Shown: in pieces, positions 27,601 to 38,974 of the stretch
Layout of the letters: each line of letters opens with the position of its first letter
Numbering within the stretch: position 1 is the stretch's first letter
Assembly: GCA_004431415.1 (NCBI GenBank)
Contig: QPMI01000494.1
Coordinates: 558,001-622,000, forward strand
Direction of reading: 5' to 3'
DNA: 64,000 bases
From: Cyanophora paradoxa CCMP329
Lineage: Eukaryota > Plantae > Glaucophyta
The notes under the pieces: generated by a model
What the model was told of the DNA's origin: nothing
Database searches by the model: none
What the model saw: the letters and a program-made list of their open reading frames with translations, nothing else
Translations under genes and position numbers: made by a program

Positions 27601-29157
27601 CCGCGTGCGCGTGCGTACCTAACACCAGCAGGCATTGGGACTTTTATCTCTGGATCAGTCGCCGATTTACCATCGTCACTGTTGAATGCAAGCTTCCTTT
27701 GATACTTCACGACTATGTCGGGTGTCAGGTTCGTGATCGACATGTCCGGCTCCGGAACCCTGCAGACAAATCAGCCGACGTAGCGGGCCGGGTGCGGCGC
27801 AATCGCGGCAGTACAATGGGGCTGGTCCAGTGGGCGTGTAGCTAGCGCCAGAGAGCCCGCGCAAACGGGACCTGCCGAAGTGCCATGATCATTCATTTAG
27901 AGTCGCGATCAAGAGCCTGCAGGCCTAGCTATATACAGGGCGTGCATCTGCAGGACACGCGTGCGGGCGCGAACGGCGAGCCGAACCTGGCCGAGGGCGA
28001 TTTCGAGTCCGGATTCCCCTTCGTGTCGATCGCGACCTCCTCTTGTTCCTCGAACGGAGTTTTGATGGTAAGCTCGCCTTCGTCAAAGGCTTTCTGCGTT
28101 GATCCACGACGGCCGCGGTCGACGTCGGTATACCAATTACGCATATACATGTTTAGAAAGTTCGAACCGTCCAGTCGACTCCGCCGCGGGTCGAGAGCGT
28201 GACCACTCTCCCCTCGACAGCCGGCTTGCTGGAGAGCTCGCGTAGAATGCTGCCGGCTCCATCGATCCGACAACCTACGTATACGAAGAGATAGTGTGAG
28301 TAAAGCGCCTGCAGCTGCAGCTTTTGTGGCCAATACTATACATAACCCATGGACGACTCGGCGAGCGCATCTATCAGCGCTAGCGCATCTAGATCTTTTT
28401 CTATCACAGGCATGAATCAGTGATTACCCCAAGGCTCGGAGCCAACTACAATCCAGCCAGCATCCCACTCCGCGACGGCGCGTGCGGTTGAGTCTCCATT
28501 GAGCGCGAACGAAAGCCGCAGGACGGCGCCGTTGTCGATGCACTCCACCGAATCGAGCGACGCGAGGTCGTCGAGCCCAATCGTCGTCCGTGAAACGACA
28601 ACGTCGTAGCTGCGCATGCACGCAAGCGTTAGCTATATAGCGTGAGCTTTAAAATTTGCAACATCAATATTAACGAGCATGTACATGGTCATGATCACGA
28701 GCTCGAGCGTACATATATGAGCTGATTTATAGCTGATCATAGATATCATATATAGTATCGATGTCCGTGCGCGTATTAATATTTAACACATATATATAGA
28801 TATGGAATGATCAACGGATCGGATATCGATCATGAACGCTGCGCACTTGAACGTGGTCGGGCGGCCGAGCTTGTCGGTCGCTGAAAAGGAGTTCACGTAA
28901 CGCCGGGCGTGGCCTGGACCCGGGTTGACCGCGGGATTCTCGAGCACGGGGATGTCGTCAAAGCTGCGACCAGCCTTGCCGGCCGCGGCATCGCCGGCGC
29001 CCTCCAAAGGAACAAAGCCGTAGTTCGCGTGGTAAGCCGGAGGGTCGAAGTGGGGGCGCGCGTCCGCCAAACCGATAATCAGGAGCGTGCAAACAGCCAC
29101 CAGAAGCTGCAGGCCTTGCAAATGAACGCTTGAAGATCTAGAGCGCAAGACCGCCAT
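24690..29157 (-). CDS. Multi-exon type I membrane protein, paralogous in its N-terminal module to the adjacent CUB gene but lacking CUBs
   Basis: Signal peptide LQLLVAVCTLLIIGLADA. Exons ATDKLGRPTTF|YDVVVSRTTIGLDDLASLDSVEC...IVVGSEPWG, then beta-rich exons (GTAEAIVGLSADFEIVALGKLNVVPTVALLGQVKAE), a Gly-rich linker, TM AGVIAG|VVGSVVGVAIIVGVAVFFVM-RGRR and stop at 24690. Confidence 0.77.
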
Positions 29158-29825
29158 GACCGGTCGCGGGACCTTTGCGGCAGAGCGCTAGCCTGCCCCG
29201 TACGGGTGCGGATTAGCTTAACCAAAGGCGACCTTCTTTGGGTCTCTAGAATCTAGATCTGTATCCTTCTGCTGTCAGGCCAATTAGTACGTATACGCAC
29301 GCGTGCGTACCGGCACGGTCCACGGTACGGAATCTACGGTCCCCCAGACCGTCGGACTACGGATACGAAATCCGACGATCGGCCGCGGCCAGCGCGCGGG
29401 TGACTAATTCAGCTGTCACTGTGTCAAACTGTCACAGCGTCAAGCTATCTTTAGCACGATCGCGAATCGCCGACAAGAGCTATGTTTAGAAGACGCACAG
29501 TATACGGAACATGTACATGTACTTCCGAAGTTCAAAGGCTTACACTGTGACAGTCTGCAGCCTCAGGGCCTGCAGCTGTGCCGCAGCCTGTGCGGATGCC
29601 AGCCTTTCGAAGTTTGCAATTGCCAGCCTGCAATGCCAGGGCCTGGTTTTCCGGGGTCACTGCCGACTCACTGGTCCGACGGTCAAGCCAAGCCAAGCAC
29701 CCGATCGCGACGCGGAGCCCGCCGGCTCTATGTTTTAACTTGGCAAATGCTTGGCCCCTCGGGCCTCGGCGCGGTCGAATATTTGTCCTACGGTATGCAT
29801 CCGAAATCCGGATCCGATGATCAGC

Positions 29826-30435
29826 GCAACCCTACCTAGGTACTCGTGAATCGTGAATCGATTCGCGATCACGAGCACAGTTGCCACAGTTGCGGCCATT
29901 TAATTCGCGATTTAGTCTGATTGAAAGTCGATTCGAGTTTTCATTTCTCAAAAGATCACGTGCACTGCGGCACGGGCCGGCCCGGCCGGGCCCGGCTGCG
30001 GGGCCGGGGATTTGCAATTGGCCCAGTGGCGGCGGGGAATCCCGGGACCCGGATCCATGACGGGACGTCACGGGACTCGTGACGGGAGTCACGGCCCCGG
30101 TCATGATCATGATCAGGCTTACCGCAATTTTTGAAGTTACCGAACTTCCGAAGTTACCGAAGTTACCGTACGGGAGTCAACGGGACCCGGGAAATCGCGA
30201 TCGGGGATCGATTCCCGAGTCCGACGATCCGCGGCGGATTCCGCGCCGCTCATCAGCTTCCTTCGAACACTCAGGCTCGAGTCTCGAGCTAGAATCGGGC
30301 TCATATGCATGCCATGATTGGGTGGATTGACGGCTGAACTTTCGAATGGCCTTCTGGTTCGATGGTTCGATATGAAAAGTCGATTCGATTCGATTCGATT
30401 TTGAAACGATTGATATCACGTGTACGCACCCCTGC
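29826..30435. repeat. Cluster of short subterminal-type repeats (GAAGTTACC, GATTC, CGGGA); probable decayed hAT-type elements
   Basis: GAAGTTACCGAACTTCCGAAGTTACCGAAGTTACC at ~30133-30168 and (GATTC)n at ~30382-30400. hAT-like single termini GCAACCCTA (~29826) and GCACCCCTG (~30426) have no identified partners. Confidence 0.3.
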
Positions 30436-30516
30436 GCAATGCGCATGTGCGGAGGCTCCGCCTGCCCCGGCCGGCGCCCCGGGCCCCGGGCCCCCGGGGC
30501 CCGGGGGCCTGCTAAA

Positions 30517-30925
30517 CTGTAGAACTAGTTAATCGAGAACCAGGACCCGAGATGCTCTCGGCGGGGGCTGTTTGGAGGCAAGTTAAAGGGGTATAAGGGG
30601 GGGATTAACCCGGAGTCAGGTGGCGCGCCGAACTTTCCCGGAGTCAGGCATGGGGAGCAGTAATAGTTGGGGGAACTTTCCCGGAGTCAGGCATGGGGAT
30701 CTTTTGGGGCAAATTAGTACTTCGCCAAAACTGCCACTTTAGCAGCTGGTAAATTTTTGGTAGGTCAGCCTTCGCAGGGATTCTGTATGGCGCCGGCGGA
30801 GATCTAGACGGGACTACCCTTACAAATTCTCGACTTTAGCAGGCGGGAAATATTTAGTAGATCGCCCAAAACCTTTTAGTACTATAAATATCCGGCCAGC
30901 CCACTAAATATTTCTAGTTCTACAG
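30517..30925. mobile_element. MITE with 12-bp TIR, probably Tc1/mariner-pogo type (TA target)
   Basis: CTGTAGAACTAG (30517-30528) / CTAGTTCTACAG (30914-30925) followed by TA; the left flank is GCTAAA, so the TSD is imperfect. Internal direct repeat GAACTTTCCCGGAGTCAGGCATGGGGA occurs twice. Confidence 0.5.
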
Positions 30926-30977
30926 TAGCTAGCCAGTGTACTGTACATGTGTACAGTGTACTACGGTAGTACTAGTA

Positions 30978-31335
30978 CTGGGCCGTTTCCCGCAGTCGCC
31001 AGCTACGTAGTGAAAATTAGCTAGTGGGGAAAAAACTATGATGGCCAAAGTATGATGTGTCGTGTGGGTGCCGCTCACTCCGATATCGTAGTGAAGCGGC
31101 ACCCACCGACACTGGCAGCCCATTGGCTGCCTCACTAGGAAGATAGGCCCTCCTAAGCTCGTAGCTTACATCCGCGGGAGTTAATCCGGCCAAAGTCACT
31201 CCCGCGTAAGCTACGAATTAGCTTCGAAATTAGCATGACATCATGCGAAACGTGATGTCACCGTCATCTTTTAACTACGTAAGCCTTACATAAGCCCGCT
31301 CCCATACATATCGGCGACTGCGGGAAACGGCCCTA
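30978..31335. mobile_element. hAT-type MITE, 358 bp
   Basis: Perfect 21-bp inverted core GGGCCGTTTCCCGCAGTCGCC (30980-31000 / 31313-31333) with termini CTGGGCC.../...GGCCCTA. 8-bp TSD TACTAGTA at 30970-30977 and 31336-31343. Confidence 0.82.
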
Positions 31336-32236
31336 TACTAGTACTACGGTAGCCAGTGGGCCCAGCAGTGCTGTTATATAATTCATATTCATGATTATAT
31401 CACTGGCCGCCACTGCCCGCCAGCCTCTAGCGAAAACTTCAAGGCTTGGCCAGCCAGCTGCAGCTGGCGGCCAGCCTCTTGCTCGGAGTCATGATCGATA
31501 TCACTGAGTCAGGTGCTTGGTCGGCCAGGCTGGCCATGGCCAGCCGGCCGCGGCCAGCCTTAGAGCCCGCCCTGTACAGTTTTAATGAAATTTGAGCCGT
31601 GACATAATTATAAACCCGCATTTAGCACTGGTTTATAACATTAATTATAACACCTGTGAATAACAAGCGCTGTTGATGAAGTCCCGGCCCGGCGGATCCG
31701 GAGGCTATATATAGCTAGGTGCACGTGGGCGACGCGCTTAAGCTTATAACTCGGGAAGGCGGGCTCGATCGCGAGGCCTAGGCCTACTAGGGGCTAGCTA
31801 TAGTAGGCCTAGCTATGCGCTAGGGGTCACCGGGTGCCGGCCGGGAGCTCGAGAGCTAGGCCAACTTGGCAATCGATATCGCGGAGGTACTACGGTAATC
31901 ATAAGCTAAAAGGGCGTCGCCTTCACATGCAGTCGGCGGGGGGGACGATACGCGTTTCGCAAATTGGGAGCCTCGGAGGGGGTACTACGGTATACGTACT
32001 AGTACTAGTACTGACAGGCGAGCTCGAGGTGCACGTGATGGCCCTCGTCAGCGCTAGCGTCATTAAATTCTGGAGCTGCATGACGTCAGCAGACGCGTAC
32101 GGGGACCGCAGCTGGCGAAAAAAAGGGAAGGAGGGAATCCGAGCGAGGCCGGGAGGGGTGGCCCGGCTAGCTATCTAGCTGTCTGGCAGTGGCCAGCGCT
32201 AGGTTCGGCTGGGCCCGCACTATAGCTAGGTCTAGC

Positions 32237-33067
32237 TCAGCTCAGGGCGGGCCCGCCCTCATGATCAGCGGCTTGGGCAGGGCGCCGTCGACGTCCAGTG
32301 CCGTCGATCGCGACGTCCAGCAGCTCCGGCGCGTCCCGCGGCAGCTCTGCGCATGCGAGGCTCGCGAGGGCGGCGCCGGCGCGGCGCCGGTAGAACGCCT
32401 GGAGCTCCGCTATGTCACCCCCGAAAAAGTGATCCGCCCGCAGGCCGGCCGCACGCAGGGCCGCCAGCTCGTACCTGCGATCAAATCTTCGTTCGAGCGG
32501 AGTCGGAATCGATCCGCGCCGCGGCCGGCCGCACGCGACACGCGATGGAGCCCGGGCGGCCGCGGGCGGTCTCCGGGGCCCGGCGCTGCGGGGGATCCTC
32601 GGGCAGGGCGGTCGTGCTGTAGCGCGCGGCTCCGAGATCGTGGTCCGCTCCCAGCCGCGCCGCCGCCGCCAGGTGCCGGAAGCGGCGGCCGGAGATGCCC
32701 AGCGCGACGTCGACGCGGAGCGACGCGACGGGGCGCCCGGCCTGCGTCCTTGTCCACCTCGGAGCTCTCCTGCATGCTCAGCAGCATTTCGAAGGCCGCT
32801 ATCTGCGGCATGACATGCAGTCAGCGGCGCGCATCCGGTTGGTGGTCCACGTATGCGGAACATGGGCCGACCTGCCAGTCCTCGTCGCTGAGCGCCAGCT
32901 CGTCTGCTTCCTGGGCGCGTGCCTCTGCGCAGGCGTATCGTACGCGGACGTGCAAGCGCGGAGCAAGCAACCGGGGACGCGCTAGCAAGAAATGTGGGTC
33001 TCGGGCGCGCGCCGGTGTCCATCGGCGCACCAGGTGGCGGGGCCGCCGAATACGCGCCCCGCGCCAT
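32237..33067 (-). CDS. Hypothetical spliced protein
   Basis: Protein-like exon segments RYACAEARAQEADELALSDEDWQ|IAAFEMLLSMQESSEVDKD...|RYELAALRAAGLRADHFFGGDIAELQAFYRRR...* bounded by GT..AG introns. Start is uncertain (33067 or 33022). Confidence 0.45.
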   Translation of the reverse strand: MARGAYSAAPPPGAPMDTGARPRPTFLASASPVACSALARPRTIRLRRGTRPGSRRAGAQRRGLAGRPMFRIRGPPTGCAPLTACHAADSGLRNAAEHAGELRGGQGRRPGAPSRRSASTSRWASPAAASGTWRRRRGWERTTISEPRATARPPCPRIPRSAGPRRPPAAARAPSRVACGRPRRGSIPTPLERRFDRRYELAALRAAGLRADHFFGGDIAELQAFYRRRAGAALASLACAELPRDAPELLDVAIDGTGRRRRPAQAADHEGGPALS

Positions 33068-33156
33068 CGTTGGAGAGCTTGCGGGGCGCAAAACCAGCAA
33101 ATGGGTGGGGGGCAACTGGCGCCCGGGTACCGCAGCGCAAGCCAACGGCCGCTCTG

Positions 33157-36100
33157 ATGGCGGGCGTCGGCGACTACTGGAACGTGGAGAGCCTTCGCGG
33201 GAAGGTCGTCATTGTGACCGGCGCGACGCGCGGCATCGGCCGGGTTCGTCCAGGAGCCCTCACGCCGGACGCGCTGGCAGCGTCCCAGGCTCAGCCTCCG
33301 CGGCTCACCTCTGCGGCAGGCGATCTGCCAGAAGCTATTCGATGCAGGGTCCAGGGTCATCATGGGATGCCACTCTGGTGCCATCGCCCCGTTCGCTGCC
33401 GTGGCCTTCACTGAGTGGCGGCCTGTGCAGCGTCCGAGGGCGAGATTGTGGCGGCAGAGATGAACGAGAACCGTACGCTAAAGTCCGGCCGCCTCGACGT
33501 GCTCAAGCTCGGTGCGCGTTGCTGGGCTGTTCAAGCTTTTCAAGCTGGCCGCCGCGGGAGCTCCGGGAGGGCCACGGCCGGGCCGGGGCGCTTACTTGCG
33601 CCTCGGCAGACCTCGCGGACCTGAGGACGGTGCGGGCCTTCGTCACAAACTTCCAGGCGAAGGGCCTGCCGCTGGACTACCTTATCTTGAACGCGGCGTG
33701 CCTCAAGCCGGCCGAGTTCACGGCGGACGGCTTCGAGACGATGTTCCAGGTGCCTGGCGCTGCTCGCGCGGCTCGCGGCGCCCTCGCCGCCGTGCCGCCC
33801 ACTTCCCGCCGCCCACGCCGCTCACGTCCTCGCGCCGCCGCAGACGAACGTGCTTGCGAACCACCTCATCGTGCGCGCGCCGGGCCCGCCGCACTCCTCG
33901 TGTCGCGCACCCTTCCAACTCAGATCGATCGAATCCCGCCCGCCGCGGCCGCCGCAGATCAAAATGTTCCTTGACTTCCTCCGCCGCACGCCCCGCACCC
34001 GCGTCGTCTTCGTCGGCTGCGAGTCGCACCGGTGCGAAGTAGAACACGTTTCGGTCCGCGGCCCCGAATTTGATTCGAATTTGATCCGTACCCGAAAGGT
34101 ACGCCGGGAAGCTCCCGAACCTCGACGTGCTGCCCACGCACAACTTCGAGGCCGGCGACGCGGTCCGCTTTGGATCAAATCCAGATTCAAATTCAAATTC
34201 AAACCGATTCCGAAGGTGAACGTGTACCGCTGGACCAAGCTGCTGAACATCTTCCAGGCGGCCGAGCTCGCGCGCCGGCTGGACGGCTCGGGCACGACCG
34301 TCGTCACCGTCGCCCCGGGCGGCGCCCGCACCGAGCTCAAGCGGCACCTCCCCTGGTGCGCTCGCTCCCGCGGCCCTCGGCGAAATAGCGAGAGGCCGCC
34401 CTGACGGCGCCCGCCGGCGGGGCGGGGTACAGGTACGTCGGCCTGGGCCAGTCCCTGGTGGACCTGGTGCTGGACGGCTCACCCGAGTCCGCCGCCGAGC
34501 ACGTCCTCCAGGTGCGCCGTACCCCAGCCCGGCGGCTAGCCAGGCCAGCGCGGGCCCCGGGCCGGAGCTAAGCGCGGGGCGGCAGGCGGCGGCGCACCCG
34601 ATGTTCGACCGGCACAACGGCGCCTACATCAACCAGGTGCGAACGAAGCGTAGAGGGGGGGGGAAGGACCGCGCTCAGCTGAGCCGACTTGACTTCGCTC
34701 GCAGGGGGAGATCGAGGCGGTGGCGGAGCAGGCGCAGCGGGTCGGGGACCAGCAGTACCTCTGGTCCATGATGGATCGGCTCTTGCAGGTACCCCCGGCC
34801 CGGCCCGCCCCCCCCCCCCCCTTTCCTTCCCCCCCGTTCCCAGTCCCGCCCCCGCATGGCTCCTCTCGGGTGCTAGGGGATCGTGAACGGCTAGCCAGGC
34901 TAGAGGAGGGGACGCCGCCCGCCCACCACCGCCCCCCAGCCCCCGCCCCCGCCCCCGCCCCCGCCTGGCTCCTCTCGGGGGCTAGGGGATCCGGAACGGC
35001 TAGCCAGGCTAGAGGAGGGGACGACGCCCGCCCGCCCATCCGCCCGCCCCCGCCCCCGCCTCCTCTACTTCGGGGCGGCTAGGCCGCCCTAGGCCGCCCG
35101 GCTAGGCTGTAGGGCAGGCTAGTCTAGGACGCCCGCCTCGGACGCCGCCCGCCCGCCTCCGGTCCACTGCCTCTCCCGCCTTCCGCTCCCGCCTCGCCTT
35201 GACCCCCTCCCCGCCCGCAGTCCTGGTGGGACGGCGGCCGCGGCGCCGACACCTCCCCCATCTACGCCTCCGGCTCCCTCCGGGGTACGCGAAAGAAACG
35301 CCTCCTCGCCCCCTCCTTCCCCCCCCCCCCCCCCCCCCCCCCCTCAGACCGGGGTATGACGCGCTCCTCGTCGAAGAACGCGCTTGCCTCGCTCTTCGGG
35401 AGCGCCAAGGACGGCGTCCGCGCCCTCATGCCCAAGGGTCCGCCCTCAGATCTGATCTGATCTGATCTGTTCTGATCTGATCTGATCTGGTCTGAGCAGA
35501 GTACAAGCCGGCGCCGCCGGGCCTGGCGCTGGGCATCGCCTCGCCGCAGGCGGCGGACGCGGCGCGGGACACGACGCCCTCCTCCCGCCGCTCGCGCTCG
35601 CGGGACCCGACCCCTACCCGCGGCGACGTCATGACCCGAGACGCGGTGCGCCGGGGGGCCGTCATGACCCGCGGGGCGGGGCGGGGTGCTGGGATCAGAG
35701 CGGGAACCCGCCCGGCCGTCGCCCTAAGATAGTCTTAGCTTTGCCGTCGCCCTAAGATTTTGTCTTAGTGGGGCCCGGGACGGTCCGGGAAGGCCTCAGC
35801 TCAGCCCGCTCGGCTTAGCGTCCCCTGGCTCAGCCCTCCCTCCCAACTTAGCTCTGCATCCCTCCTCCGCCCCGCCTGCCCGCCTGCCTCCCGCTCACCG
35901 CGGCTCCCGCCCCGCCCCGCCCCGCAGAAGCCGCAGCAGGAGTCGCGCTTCAAGGGCCTCTTCAAGACGACCTCCTACCAGGCCCCCGCCTCCCAGGTGG
36001 GACCCTGCGCCCCCTCCTCCGCCTCGAGGCTGATCGATCGCCTCTTTGGGGGTACAGTACACGCACAACGAGAACGCGTACGCCCAGCCGTACTACCAGG

Positions 36101-37088
36101 CCCCCGCCCCCGCCCCGGCGCCGGCGCCGGCCTACAGCCCCGCCTACGATTCGTCGTACTCGGAGCCGGGCCTCAAGCGGCGGCACTCGTTCACGCACGC
36201 CACGAGCCGCGCGGTCGACAAGGTCGGCGAGAAGATCGAGAAGGGCATGCACGGGTACGCGATTAAACCCTTCTTCTTCTTCTCTGTACCCTCTAACTTA
36301 ATCTCGCCCAGGCTGATGCGGACGCTCTCGCGGGAGTTTGGCATCGACGACTTCAAGAAGAGCCGCGAGAAGCACAAGCAGCGCGAGGAGGAGCGCAAGC
36401 TCCGGGAGCTCTCGGGGCGCGAGCTTCCGGACCCGAACCGGCAGCCGTACCGCGTCACGCCCGACGTCCGGAACGGGTACCCCCCTTCCCCTCCCCCCCG
36501 AGCTAAGCTATGTCAAAGCTGAGCTCTGGGGGGTACAGGTTCGCTGGGACGCCGTCTGCCGGCTCGCTGTTCCGCTCCGTGTCGGATTCGATCACGGACG
36601 CGGCGGCCGTCGTCGGCTCGAAGATCACGTACCGGGCGCCCCAGCCGGGGTACCGCGAGCACGGCCTCAACCTCCCCGCCCGCGTGAGTCACGGGCACGG
36701 CCATCGCCCTGTCTGTATCCGCTGCTCCGCCCTCACGCCCGCCGCAGCAGCCGGTGCCGACGCGGGTCAGCGCGGGGGACAACAGCTCGATGATGCCGCG
36801 GCCGCCGCCGCAGCCCGTGCACGTCAACAGCGCCGAGGAGCGCGCCTCCCTCTCCCAGTCGCACACCGCCGCCTTTGTGCGCTCTTCTTTTGCTTCGTTC
36901 ACAGCCGCCCCTGAGCTCTCGCCTAACTCGCCCGATCGCCGCAGCGGAACGATGTGCGGCAGCAGCAGAGCGCTCAGTACACGAGCGGGCAGTACTCGGC
37001 GCGGGAGCGGGAGCGGGAGCGGGACGGCCGCACCTCGGCGCACGAGACCGGCAGCTCGTACCGCGGCCTGACCGCCTCGTACTTCTAA
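33157..37088 (+). CDS. Short-chain dehydrogenase/reductase (retinol-DH/WWOX-like classical SDR) with long low-complexity C-terminal extension
   Basis: LRGKVVIVTGATRGIGR (TGxxxGIG), DLADLRTVRAF, LDYLILNAA...FTADGFETMFQ|TNVLANHL, catalytic YRWTK (YxxxK) followed by ELARRL, then VAPG. The SDR core ends ~34790; spliceable in-frame exons continue to ...GLTASYF* at 37088 (the join is inferred). Confidence 0.8.
34857..35035. repeat. Two ~70-nt tandem hairpin-forming copies in an SDR intron
   Basis: TGGCTCCTCTCGGG(T/G)GCTAGGGGATC..GAACGGCTAGCCAGGCTAGAGGAGGGGACG at ~34857 and ~34966. Confidence 0.75.
35448..35494. repeat. (ATCTG)n intronic microsatellite (also ~61957-61978 and ~63790-63850)
   Basis: GATCTGATCTGATCTGATCTG runs, each just upstream of a 3' splice site. 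Confidence 0.85.
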
Positions 37089-37340
37089 GAACTACCTACC
37101 TACCTACCTACCATCGTGCTTCTAGTTTCGCTTTTCCTTGCGTGCTGTGTATCGCGTAGTGTACCGCCCGCGGAAGCGCCCGCGCGCGCCGGTTTGTTAT
37201 CCAGCACATCCCATCCCGCCCCCCCGGCTCTGTCTCTGCGCAGCGCTAGCACTAGCGGCAACCGGTCTCTCCATTCATTGAAAAAGACAGCGCGCTGCGA
37301 AGCCGGGCTAGGGAGCTAGCGCGGGGGGGCGGCCGCCGCC

Positions 37341-37611
37341 TCACTGGGCCATGACCTCGCCTTCCTCGGGGGGCCCGGGGGACGGCTCTGGGTCCGTTGC
37401 GGGGGGCGGGGAGCCAGAGGAGGCGGCGGGAGGGGAGGAAGCGCCGGCGCCCGAGGCGCCGGAGCCCGGCCCGGGAGAGCGGGAGCGGGGCCCGGCGCCC
37501 GCGCCGTCCCCGTTCCCTTCGCCCCGGGCGGGGGACCCGTCCCGCCGCTCCCTGCGCTCCCTGCGCCGCTCCCGCCTGCGCTTGCGGCGGCGGCGGCGCT
37601 CCTCCTCGTCC

Positions 37612-37647
<36 letters not shown>

Positions 37648-38974
37648 GAGCTGCTTGAGCTGCTCGAGGAAGAATCGCTGTCGCTTCCGCTGCCGCCCCG
37701 CCTCCGCTTCTTCTTCTTGTCCTGCGCCCGCCCGGCAGCCCCTCAGACACCCTCCCAGCGGCGAGGAGGAGACACAGCCCGCACCCGCTTTCGTCGCTTC
37801 TTGTCCATCTTGCGGGCCTTGCGATCCTTGTCCTTCTCCTTCTCCTTGTCCTTGCGCCGTTCCTTGTGCCGCTTCCGCCGCTCATCCCTGCTCGCGCCCT
37901 CGACCCCGCTCCCGCTCGCCGCGCCGACGCCGGTCTCGCCCCTCTCCTCCGCCGAACGCTTTGCGGGCGCGCCCGCGCGCGGTGGGCTGTCCGAGCGCGC
38001 CCGCTCCACGGCGCCGCGGCCCCGAGGCTTGACGCCCCGCGCCGCCAGCGCCGCCCGCCAGTCCTCCTCGTCTCCCCCCGCCCCGTCGCGGCCGGCTTCC
38101 GCGGAGGCCGCTGGCGGCTCTCCGTCCCTCTCTGGCTCCGTCCTGTGCGCGCGCATGCGTTCGTGAGCGGCGCGTCGGGGCCCGCCACAGCAGAACCGGC
38201 GGCGCGGCGCGGCGCGGCGGCGCGCACCGCTTTCCTGCGTCGCCCAACTCGCCGCCTCCGCCGTCGCGTTCGCTGCGGTGGCGGTGGCGCCTGTGGTGCC
38301 GCCGCGCCTCCCGCCGCCGCTGCGCCGCCTTCTCCTCGTCCTCCTCCTCTGGCGCCGAGCGCTCCGCGTCGTCGCCGCCGCTGCCGCCCGCCGCGCGCGG
38401 CTCGCCCGCCTCGCCTTCGTCCTCGCCCCAGCGCCCGCCCTCGCGCCGCGCGTCCTCCTCCTCCTCCTCCTCGCCCTCATCGTCGCGGTGGCGCCTACGC
38501 TCGTCGTCCTTCCGCGACCGGTGGCGGTGGCGGTGATGATGGTGCTTGCTGTCGCGGTCACGGTCCCGCCTGCTGGGCGCACTGAACTCGTGCTTCGCAG
38601 AGCTCTTGCCCCACTTCACCTCCCGCACTTCGCGCCTCTCCTCCTTCTGGCGGTGCACGCGCTCCTGCTGCTTGACGAGGACGCGATTGTAGCCCACCGT
38701 GTTCTTCAGCACGCGGCCAAAGACCCCAGCGTTTGGCCTCGCTTGGCGCTCCGTCGGCTCGGGGCGCCTGCGTTCGTGTGAGCGCGTTGCATGGCAACCT
38801 TGGGGCCAAAGAAGCGCGGAAAGATCGCAGCATTCAAAGCGCTCACAGGTTGTCAAGCAGAAAGGCGCCAACTCCGTCCTTGTTCGCGCGCTGAACGGCA
38901 AGTAGCGCCTTAGTGAGGAGCTGCTCCTTGGCCATGCGCTCCAGCTCGGCCTCGTCGAAAACTGGGCTGTACAT
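37341..38974 (-). CDS. Arg/Ser/His-rich nuclear protein with POLR1D-isoform-2-like N-terminal motif
   Basis: MYSPVFDEAELERMAKEQLLTKALLAVQRANKDGVGAFL...RPNAGVFGRVLKNTVGYNR resembles the ELERxAxExLL...NxRFLxxxIKN family. It is followed by KHHHHRHRHRSR, KDKEKEKDKDRK, poly-Ser and a C-terminal EEGEVMAQ*. Confidence 0.65.

Noticed and set aside
37351-38781. Long plus-strand ORFs with poly-Leu, poly-Cys or hydrophobic runs
   Set aside because: Antisense shadows of the Ser/Arg/Glu-rich minus-strand gene
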